From assembly GCA_029762535.1 (NCBI GenBank), contig JARVGK010000043.1, forward strand, positions 1 to 22,319: DNA of 22,319 bases, in the 5' to 3' direction. Position numbers and translations under genes: made by a program. Source of the DNA: Thermoplasmatota archaeon. GTDB taxonomy: Archaea; Thermoplasmatota; Penumbrarchaeia; Penumbrarchaeales; Penumbrarchaeaceae. Each line of letters starts with the position of its first letter. Position 1 is the first letter of the stretch. The notes under the pieces were generated by a model. That model saw only the letters and a program-made list of their open reading frames with translations. It was not told the origin of the DNA and did not search any database. Below are positions 9,495-17,584 of this stretch, one piece after another.

Positions 9495-9522
9495 CGATGA
9501 CCCGACCGTGGGGTCGGATATC

Positions 9523-10458
9523 ATGCAGGGAAATGAGCATTGGAAGGCCGTGGAGGATGCCTCGGAACGCATAAGGAGCATGAAGGTGCGCGGCGCCGGA
9601 AGTATAGCCCGCTCCGCCGCCCAGGCCCTATCCGACTTCTCAAAGTCCTACAATGGGGAGGACCTGGTCATGGACCTCCGAAAGGCCGCCAGGATGCTCC
9701 TTGACACGCGCCCCACCGCCGTGTCGCTCAGGAACGGGATCTCGATGACCCTATCCGGATGTGACAGAGGTGTTGGCGCCGATGAGGTTCGAAGGATCGT
9801 CATGGACAATGCCGACGATTTCGTCAAGGGATCGCTCGGCGCCGTCTCGGAGATCGGCAGGATAGGCTCCGAGCTGATACCGAACGGCTCCACGGTGCTG
9901 ACCCACTGCAATTCCAGCGCCGCCCTCTCCATGATAGGGCACGCGTTCGACGACGGAAGGGTCAAAGAGGTCATATGCACCGAATCAAGGCCCTGGAGGC
10001 AGGGACATATCACGGCGAGGTGGCTCGCCGGGAGGGGGATCCCCGTCACGATGATAGTCGATTCCGCCTCGGGGCTGATGATGGATGAGGTGGACCTGGT
10101 CGTTGTCGGTGCTGATACCATAACATCCGAGGGGCGTCTCTTCAACAAGATCGGGACATCCCTGATCTCCCTGGCGGCCAGGGAGAGGGGCAGGCCCTTC
10201 TACGTCTGCGCCGAGACCTACAAGTTCACGTCGGACGATGTCTTCGAGGGGCGGATAGAGGAGAGGGACGCATCCGAGGTGTCCGACCCCCTATCCCCCG
10301 GGGACCTTCCAGGCGTCCGTTTCAGGAACCCGGTGTTCGACGTGACGCCTCCTGAGAGGATATCTGGCATCGTGACGGAAAAAGGGATCGTCGAACCCTC
10401 CATGGCCAAGCGGATCGCGGAGGGACTCATGTCGGGACCGGCCCATAATTGGATATGA
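9523..10458 (+). CDS. Ribose-1,5-bisphosphate isomerase (eIF-2B alpha/beta/delta family)
   Basis: MKVRGAG, TRPTAVSL, THCNSS (catalytic Cys), ESRP, VGAD, NKIGT, ETYKF and NPVFDVTP. Coupled to AMP phosphorylase. Start is ATG 9523 or GTG 9508. Confidence 0.88.
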   Translation: MQGNEHWKAVEDASERIRSMKVRGAGSIARSAAQALSDFSKSYNGEDLVMDLRKAARMLLDTRPTAVSLRNGISMTLSGCDRGVGADEVRRIVMDNADDFVKGSLGAVSEIGRIGSELIPNGSTVLTHCNSSAALSMIGHAFDDGRVKEVICTESRPWRQGHITARWLAGRGIPVTMIVDSASGLMMDEVDLVVVGADTITSEGRLFNKIGTSLISLAARERGRPFYVCAETYKFTSDDVFEGRIEERDASEVSDPLSPGDLPGVRFRNPVFDVTPPERISGIVTEKGIVEPSMAKRIAEGLMSGPAHNWI

Positions 10459-12035
10459 AAACGGAGCTGAACATCATGAACGATGAAGGTAAGGAGATCG
10501 GGGGGATCCCCGGTATATTCGACGTGTGCCCCATTGACCTTGAGACGGGGGAGTTCACGGTGATACTGAACAGGGTGGACGCCGATGCCATGGGGCTGAG
10601 GTCGCTCGATCGTGTCAGGATATCCAGGGAGCAGAGGAGCATAACCGCCATCGTAGAGCTCACGGACACGGTCGTACCTCCAACGTCCGCGGGGCTGCTG
10701 ATAAAGGGACGGGAGTATCTTGGCGTGAAGGCCAAGGACCGGGTGAGGATCACCCCAGTCCAGAAACCGCATTCCGTGGAGCTCATCAAGAAGAGGCTGG
10801 ACCGGCAGGAGCTGACGGCCGAGGAGATCCATCTCCTGACCGAGGAGATAACGAACCACGCACTATCCGACATAGAGCTCTCCGCCTTCGTCACGTCCAC
10901 CTACATGCACCCTCTGTCGAAGAGGGAGATCAAGGACCTGACCCTTGCCATGGTCAAGACCGGAGAGAAGATAGAGTTCGACGTCGAGCCCATATTCGAC
11001 TTCCATTCGGTCGGAGGGGTCCCCGGGAACAAGGTCACTTTGCTCGTCGTGCCGATCGTTGCAGCGGCGGGGCTGTACATGCCCAAGACATGCTCGAGGG
11101 CGATCTCCTCCGCGGGAGGGACGGCGGACATCCTGGAGACGATATGCGACGTCACCCTGCCCTCCCACAGGATCAAGGAGATCACCGAGTCCATGGGCGG
11201 GGTGATATCATGGGGAGGCGGGGTCCACATCGCCCCCGCCGACGACATCATCATAAGGGTCGAATACCCACTGGCGATCGATCCGTACTCCCAGGTGATA
11301 GCATCCGTCCTGGCCAAGAAGAAGGCCGTGAGCGCCGACTATCTGCTGATGGACCTCCCAACGGGGGCCCATACGAAGATAGAGGACATGGACAAGGCCA
11401 GGATGTATGCCAGGGACTTCATGGAGATCGGGGAACAGATCGGGATCCATGTCGAGTGCGCCATTACCTACGGCGGGCAGCCCGTCGGGAGGAACATCGG
11501 CCCGGCTCTCGAGGTGGTCGAGGCGCTGCAGGTGCTCGAGGGCAACCCTCCTTCATCTTCCACGCTCGAGAAGGGGATCTCCCTCGCGGGGATCGTCCTC
11601 GAGATGGGGGGGGTTACCAATGACGGGAAGAAGATGGCCTCCGACCTGATCAAGAGCGGGGCGGCGCTCGATAAGTTCAGGGAGATCGTGAAAGCGCAGG
11701 GGGCATACATCGACGACATCTCGTCTAACAACATCAAGATCGGGAGATACAGCGAGGAGTTCACCTGTCAGAAGAGCGGATACGTATCCTCGATACACAA
11801 CAAGAACCTGGTGAGGATCGCCCGCGCGGCGGGATGTCCGCATGATAAATATGCGGGGATCGTCCTCGAGAAGAAGAAGGGGCATCAGGTGGATAACGGG
11901 GATGTTTTGTTCAGGGTATATTCCGACAACGAGCAGAGGCTCAAGCTCGCCATGAGCCTCGCCAAGAAGGTGGATCCCTTCTACATCGAGGGCATGATCC
12001 TCGAGACCGTTCCCAAGGAGAAGATCTTCCTGTAA
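10455..12035 (+). CDS. deoA: AMP phosphorylase (archaeal thymidine-phosphorylase family, type 2)
   Basis: HSVGGVPGNK, PKTCSRAISSAGGTAD, IAPADD, QPVGRNIGPALE and ARAAGCPHDKYAG, with the N-terminal extra domain of AMPpases. ATGA overlap with the isomerase stop at 10455-10458. Confidence 0.93.
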   Translation: MKTELNIMNDEGKEIGGIPGIFDVCPIDLETGEFTVILNRVDADAMGLRSLDRVRISREQRSITAIVELTDTVVPPTSAGLLIKGREYLGVKAKDRVRITPVQKPHSVELIKKRLDRQELTAEEIHLLTEEITNHALSDIELSAFVTSTYMHPLSKREIKDLTLAMVKTGEKIEFDVEPIFDFHSVGGVPGNKVTLLVVPIVAAAGLYMPKTCSRAISSAGGTADILETICDVTLPSHRIKEITESMGGVISWGGGVHIAPADDIIIRVEYPLAIDPYSQVIASVLAKKKAVSADYLLMDLPTGAHTKIEDMDKARMYARDFMEIGEQIGIHVECAITYGGQPVGRNIGPALEVVEALQVLEGNPPSSSTLEKGISLAGIVLEMGGVTNDGKKMASDLIKSGAALDKFREIVKAQGAYIDDISSNNIKIGRYSEEFTCQKSGYVSSIHNKNLVRIARAAGCPHDKYAGIVLEKKKGHQVDNGDVLFRVYSDNEQRLKLAMSLAKKVDPFYIEGMILETVPKEKIFL

Positions 12036-12154
12036 GGGGATCCCGCCGGAGTTTGTTTGGAGTTCAATAAAAATATGACCGAGATCGAATGGGATTCAAT
12101 TTTGGTAAGTTGTATATTCCTTGTCATGTAATTGTATCAAAGAATTCCATCAGG

Positions 12155-12892
12155 TCAGTGTTGAAAAAGCGAGATCGTAACTTCGAACGGATCTACATTC
12201 ACTGCATTGTCGGGATCACGATCCCGGAGTTTGTACACGAGGTCCGTTCCCAATTGTTCCAGTTCCCTGCCGGTATGATCCCCGTCCGAGTTCTCGTTCC
12301 AGGAGATCTCCATCCCGTCGAGGATCCGATCCCAGTCGGAATCGTAAGAACAAGGTTCAGAGAAGTAGATGTCCTTGCCTCTGAATCCGGCTTCGATACT
12401 GTATGTCGCTTCAAACATCTGATCCTGCTTGAAACGAACATATCGGCAATGGATCGTGGTCGTTCCCCCGTTCGTGGTCACATCGGCCAGATGAAAGAAA
12501 AAGGTGTCCCACACTATAAGATAGATGTTTTCACCCTCGATAACCCTTGTCACCTCACTCCCGTCTCGCAACCTGAAGGACCTCATGAATTCCGAGGAGG
12601 TGTAAGAGTACTGCGTTCCGTTGTCAAGATACTCGTACTCCACATAATCATCGCTAAGGATATCTTCGTTGTAAAAGATCTTGTGCAAGGATCCGTTATA
12701 CGATCCTTCCAAAAGCTTCGAGAAGGACAACGCTCCCTGATCGACCGTGATCCGGGCCAGGACCTCGTTTTCACCGGTGCCTTCCCCGCCATGGCCGAAA
12801 TATACCTTGAATTCATCGCCATCGGTGAGTCCATCGTCATTGTAACCGAGATGGTCAAGATACATATTTTGATTTTTCCTCTTTTTTATCAT
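12155..12892 (-). pseudogene. Truncated orphan cassette 3: internal fragment homologous to the giant DxDxDG protein
   Basis: DHLG...RDRDPDN (12858-12205) aligns colinearly with 22014-21367. My manual count gives about 136/217 identical residues with one 2-aa indel. Both ends are non-homologous, with no signal peptide or protease domain. Confidence 0.8.
12813..12858. repeat. 46-bp direct repeat, copy A (5' junction of cassette 3)
   Basis: tcatcgccatcggtgagtccatcgtcattgt[a/g]accgagatggtcaa matches 21969-22014 at 45/46. Confidence 0.9.
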
Positions 12893-13379
12893 TTATTTTC
12901 TCCTTTGGTAAATAATTTTTAAAATGTCTATATTTGTTTATTATCATAACAGCTAGAACTAAAATAATAATTATAAAAATAATAGTTGATATCACACCTA
13001 ATATAAGAAATATTGTTGGTAATTTATTATTTTCATTTATTTCATAAATAGAATCCATACCAGCTAATAAATGTGTTCCGTTATACATATAATGTGTCGT
13101 AAAACTAAGTATATATTCCTTTCCAATCTTCAAAGTTGTATTTATAGTGTACATTGGATCATTTAATATCTCAATAATTGTACCAACATCTATTATTTCG
13201 TCGTGATATTTATCTATTATCGGTTTTTGTACTTGAAATAATATATTGTTATTATTGATATTTACTAATATTACACGTGATTTCTCACATTTGAAAGTTG
13301 ACAATGATAACGCTTCATTATAAGATATTAATAAACAACTATAAATAATAATTATAACTACATAATAATATTTCCTCAT
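12855..13379 (-). CDS. AT-rich exported, C-terminally membrane-anchored partner protein of cassette 2 (candidate immunity/inhibitor)
   Basis: 174 aa. N-terminal signal-like segment, C-terminal TM helix plus Lys-rich tail. ATGA overlap with the cassette 2 stop at 13376-13379. Very low GC. Confidence 0.75.
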   Translation of the reverse strand: MRKYYYVVIIIIYSCLLISYNEALSLSTFKCEKSRVILVNINNNNILFQVQKPIIDKYHDEIIDVGTIIEILNDPMYTINTTLKIGKEYILSFTTHYMYNGTHLLAGMDSIYEINENNKLPTIFLILGVISTIIFIIIILVLAVMIINKYRHFKNYLPKEKINDKKEEKSKYVS

Positions 13380-16300
13380 TTAATACCTCCATAATATAAT
13401 CTATTCCATTCATTTAAATCGAGTCCATTAGTTCCGTTATACCATCCTCTTTTTTGCAGATTTATAGGACTCTTATAATCATAGTAATAATAATCAAGAT
13501 AACCATTTTTAGAGGAATAATCTACAATATCATTCGCATCTTCATGATAACTCATGCAACTTTTATAGCCATTATTTGGACCTATACAATATTTATGAGT
13601 TTTGGAAAAATCAACATTATCACTAATGTAAAAATAGTCTGCATTTAATCCCAAATTATGTCCTAACTCATGCATAAAAGTACACGAAACATTATTAGCA
13701 TTCTTACTAACGATAAAAATGTTTGATGATAATCTTGCCATTCCATATAAATTCTTTATATTTCTTGTTGAATCGAATATTTTATCACACATCAAGCTAA
13801 AATGATATATACCTTTTCTCTCATTGGAATAATTACCATATTTGAATACAGTATCATTAACTTTCAAATAAGGCGTTCCATTACCAATTTTTAACTCTTT
13901 TTCGTATTTTACTTCCTCTCCACCTCCGTAACATCCATCATCTATATGCAACATGATATTATATCGTGCAAAGGAGACGATAATTCTATTAATATCGCTT
14001 TCCTTGATATTGCATCCTGTCATCCAATCAACTTCAACGAAGATATCTTTGACAAATACATTTGAACCGAAATGTGAAAGGTTGTATTCATGATAATTTT
14101 CTATACTATCTCCATCATCATCAGCCATATGTTTTATCGGATGTTGAAATAAATCATAGTTATATTCAAACGGATCATGAGGGTCCATTCGATTCCTGAT
14201 CTCGTAGGAATCGTCTAAATAATCCATTTCTATATATATACATAGATGTTCATTAGATTCATTCTTATTTTTGTCTTCACTAAGATTATACATGCGATCA
14301 GTATTTTTATAATCACATCTGGTTCCGTAGTAAAACAATTCAGACCAACTTGTCAATTTATCATGATCGAAATCACCGGGTCGGAAATAATTATTATCCT
14401 GATCGCGATAGAATTCCCAATTTATTGGAAAGATATCAAATGATATTATACCTTCCATCCCACTGTCCTTACCATCTTCGAATCCATTACAGTATCCAAC
14501 GGAACCGAATTCATGAGAAATTAATGTATTATGCCAAGTTTTATTTAGATAATCAGAATATTTCTCGTTACCGATCAATCGTACTTCATCATCTATCAGA
14601 TCCACATCAAACCCCTCAAGAATATTGGCACCCTCATTAATTGACCAAGAGCTTGTTCTCAAATTATATTTAATATCCAATCTCTTACCATTAGTCGCTG
14701 AATTGATCTTTTTCAAATCATGAGGATCATGATATTTTATTTCGGGATTTAATTTGTTATAAGAATCAGGTTCTGGAGAGATATCATACAAATCAGGATC
14801 ACTATTCTGATCGATATCGTAAATGAATATATGAAAGTTGACATACCATGCAGAATTGGGAAGGCCATTTGTTGAAACGCTGAATTTATCTATCATTTCA
14901 TTTGTTGTCTTAACTCCATCATTCATCCATTTCTCCTTATTCCGAATCTCGATATAATCATTGAACGGATCCCCACCCTCATCATCATCATACCAGCTGC
15001 TTATCGATCTGTAATTGTTGTAATATCTACGATTAAACCAGATATCACTTCCTGATTCGAATTCTTCATAAAACCACCATGACCACTGAAGGTTCATATC
15101 AATCCAGTCAGAAGATGTTGGCGAATCGTTCATGGAATAGAATGCCCTGGCCATCATCAACAGATCGGCATTTACTGAACCATCATCATTATCATCATAT
15201 CCCAATGCTATGAACTCCCTGACAGTGAACAACAATTCGCAGTTTTTCACCATTGGCTCGAAATCTTCACCATCTACTACACCATCTCCATCAGAATCCG
15301 AAACTAATGGATTTGTCCGAGCATAATAATATTCAAACCCATCCAACCAACCATCATCATCGGTATCATTCAACAAAGGATTAGGATCTTCACCGTCTTT
15401 CATCAGGTCATTGTCCGTATCAGGATTAATTGGATCCGTTCCTCTCGTTCTTTCGATAAAATCGGACAAACCGTCATTGTCCGAATCGGTATCCAGAGCG
15501 TTTATTATCCCATCGCCATCAGTATCAAGGTTTCTCTCTCTTGGATCGTTGTCATATAAACCATCACCATCGGAATCTTTTTTCAGTGGATCGGTCCCCC
15601 AATAAAAGACCTCAACATCATCGGGAACATAATCTGAATCAGAATCGTTCGTCAGAGGATTTGTACCATACACATTTACCTCATCTCCATCGGAAATATT
15701 ATCATCGTCAGTATCATCATCACTCGGGTCGGTTCCAAGAATCATTTCCTGGGCGTAAGTAAGCCCATCACCGTCTGCATCATTTGTTTGAGTTAGAATG
15801 GAATAACCCGTATTAGTTTCATCCAAGGGATAATCATCCTCATAATCATCTTGTCCATCATTGTCAGAATCATTGTCCATTGCATTTATCAAACCGTCAT
15901 CGTCTATATCGCTCAACCATATCACTGTTGAATTCTGGTCACAGTCTCTGGAATCTTCACCATCAGATATGCCATCCTCATCCGAATCATCACAATAAGG
16001 ATTTGTCTCCCAGGCCGAGGAGTAATATGGATTGTTTGCATGATATCCTACAACCGCACCGATCTCACCGTTGTGATCGTAGTCCTCTTCCCCGTCAAGA
16101 AGACCATCATCATCGGAATCGTCATCCAGAGGATTGATCACAAAGTCCCCATCCACATCGTATTCCGTCTCGGGATCCGTCCATCTGTATTGGAGGTTGA
16201 AGAAATATTCATGACCATCTTCGATACCATCGTCATCCGAATCAGGTGATAAAGGATCGGTCTCATCTGATATGTTCTCCCATATCCCGTCACGATCGCG

Positions 16301-17029
16301 ATCCTCCCCTTCCCAATAATTCATTACGGTATCTATCCTCGATGCGTTCAGGAACCATTTCCTCTCGTCGGTATCGAACCACCAACCGTCAACCAATCCG
16401 TCGGGTATCCCGTCACCGTCCGTATCGCAATCCACAGGATTAGTGCCGGTGGAGACCTCAATATCATCCTCGATCCCGTCCCGGTCGCTGTCAGAGGCAT
16501 TGGGGAGGCACAGATTGGCATACTTCTCGTCATCATCCAAGCCGTCGTGATCCGTATCCTTTATCGAAGGATCCGAGCGGACATCATACATCTCCAACAT
16601 GACAAAGCCCTGAGAGGTAGGTATTCTCACTGACAGATATTTGTAGTTTCCCCACGCATGATACTCCATACCGTCATCTATACCGTCCCCGTCCGAATCC
16701 GACAGGAGCGGATCGGTGTTCGAGTATTGCTCTTCACAGTAGAACCTCTGATAGTCGTATCCCTGGATCGATGCTCCCTTGATGTACATCTCTCCTCTCT
16801 TCCAGTCCCCGTTTGAGTTCTTGACATCGAACCCGTCCCAGAACTGGTCGTTGTCGGTGTCACTATTCAATGGATCGGTCTCGTTTTCATCCAGAATTCC
16901 GTTTCTGTTTTGATCTTCTCCCTCCCACCAGTCGAATGTGGAATTGCCAGTGCTGAATGTAAAAATCAATGAATACTTAACATGAAACATATAAAACTGT
17001 CGCACATTATTTGTGATAACATATAGCAA
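13376..17029 (-). CDS. Orphan cassette 2: TSP3-like Ca-binding repeat protein with C-terminal HExxH zinc metalloprotease-like domain, lacking the native N-terminus
   Basis: Many (T/N)DP..DxDxDG.xDG repeats, KDIFVEVDWM, FMHELGHNLGL and KSCMSY. Homology to the main gene starts abruptly at 16963. The first about 22 codons come from AT-rich unrelated sequence. Confidence 0.8.
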   Translation of the reverse strand: MLYVITNNVRQFYMFHVKYSLIFTFSTGNSTFDWWEGEDQNRNGILDENETDPLNSDTDNDQFWDGFDVKNSNGDWKRGEMYIKGASIQGYDYQRFYCEEQYSNTDPLLSDSDGDGIDDGMEYHAWGNYKYLSVRIPTSQGFVMLEMYDVRSDPSIKDTDHDGLDDDEKYANLCLPNASDSDRDGIEDDIEVSTGTNPVDCDTDGDGIPDGLVDGWWFDTDERKWFLNASRIDTVMNYWEGEDRDRDGIWENISDETDPLSPDSDDDGIEDGHEYFFNLQYRWTDPETEYDVDGDFVINPLDDDSDDDGLLDGEEDYDHNGEIGAVVGYHANNPYYSSAWETNPYCDDSDEDGISDGEDSRDCDQNSTVIWLSDIDDDGLINAMDNDSDNDGQDDYEDDYPLDETNTGYSILTQTNDADGDGLTYAQEMILGTDPSDDDTDDDNISDGDEVNVYGTNPLTNDSDSDYVPDDVEVFYWGTDPLKKDSDGDGLYDNDPRERNLDTDGDGIINALDTDSDNDGLSDFIERTRGTDPINPDTDNDLMKDGEDPNPLLNDTDDDGWLDGFEYYYARTNPLVSDSDGDGVVDGEDFEPMVKNCELLFTVREFIALGYDDNDDGSVNADLLMMARAFYSMNDSPTSSDWIDMNLQWSWWFYEEFESGSDIWFNRRYYNNYRSISSWYDDDEGGDPFNDYIEIRNKEKWMNDGVKTTNEMIDKFSVSTNGLPNSAWYVNFHIFIYDIDQNSDPDLYDISPEPDSYNKLNPEIKYHDPHDLKKINSATNGKRLDIKYNLRTSSWSINEGANILEGFDVDLIDDEVRLIGNEKYSDYLNKTWHNTLISHEFGSVGYCNGFEDGKDSGMEGIISFDIFPINWEFYRDQDNNYFRPGDFDHDKLTSWSELFYYGTRCDYKNTDRMYNLSEDKNKNESNEHLCIYIEMDYLDDSYEIRNRMDPHDPFEYNYDLFQHPIKHMADDDGDSIENYHEYNLSHFGSNVFVKDIFVEVDWMTGCNIKESDINRIIVSFARYNIMLHIDDGCYGGGEEVKYEKELKIGNGTPYLKVNDTVFKYGNYSNERKGIYHFSLMCDKIFDSTRNIKNLYGMARLSSNIFIVSKNANNVSCTFMHELGHNLGLNADYFYISDNVDFSKTHKYCIGPNNGYKSCMSYHEDANDIVDYSSKNGYLDYYYYDYKSPINLQKRGWYNGTNGLDLNEWNRLYYGGIK
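16637..16963. repeat. 327-bp direct repeat, copy A (5' end of cassette 2)
   Basis: Matches 20747-21073 at offset 4110 with 6 substitutions. 16755-16963 (209 bp) is identical. Confidence 0.95.
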
Positions 17030-17049
17030 AGTGTATACCCCCTTATTTT

Positions 17050-17583
17050 TTACACATAGAATAAAAAATATAATTTATAAAAATATTCAATATTATTCGG
17101 AAATAAATATAATGTCAATAAATTTTCATCAATAACATTTATCTCATATGTCATATTATATTTTTTATCAATGCTCCATTGTATGGATTCATTATTATTA
17201 AATGAAACAAATCCTTGAAAAATATTATTTACTCCAATTATTTTCTCAATATTCAACTCATTATTTATATTTTCAATTTTAAATGTAAAATGATATTTAG
17301 AATAATAAATAAAATCCTCAATTCCGATGAAATTTTTTACAATTTTTATTTCTAGGTCATCTTTAGTATTAAAAAAATCAAGTTGAATCCTATCATTTTC
17401 TCTTTCTATATTTAAGAATAAACTGAATAATAACACATTTTTATTGCTTACATTAGAAAGATTTAAATGATTCTCATTTTTTATATACATTACAACTATT
17501 TTTTTATTTGATTTATCAAAGGATATACATCCACAAATAGATATTATGAGGATAATAATAATAAATAATTGAATTATTTTCAT
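17050..17583 (-). CDS. AT-rich putative lipoprotein partner of cassette 1 (candidate immunity/inhibitor)
   Basis: 177 aa. MKIIQLFIIIILIISICGC is a signal peptide with a lipobox-like GC. ATG lies 1 nt after the upstream TAA. One 60-nt line (17101-17160) counted at 15% GC. Confidence 0.75.
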   Translation of the reverse strand: MKIIQLFIIIILIISICGCISFDKSNKKIVVMYIKNENHLNLSNVSNKNVLLFSLFLNIERENDRIQLDFFNTKDDLEIKIVKNFIGIEDFIYYSKYHFTFKIENINNELNIEKIIGVNNIFQGFVSFNNNESIQWSIDKKYNMTYEINVIDENLLTLYLFPNNIEYFYKLYFLFYV

Positions 17584-17584
17584 A

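Noticed and set aside
883-11885. Numerous overlapping alternative-frame and antisense ORFs in the GC-rich half
   Set aside because: They overlap well-supported genes, lack recognisable motifs, and are expected at high GC.
12036-12154. Integration site, IS end or terminator at the array boundary
   Set aside because: GC content drops here, but I found no tRNA fragment, terminal inverted repeat, target duplication or convincing T-tract.
12089-12922. 277-aa plus-strand ORF
   Set aside because: Antisense shadow of the cassette 3 fragment, whose minus-strand frame has clear homology to the main gene.
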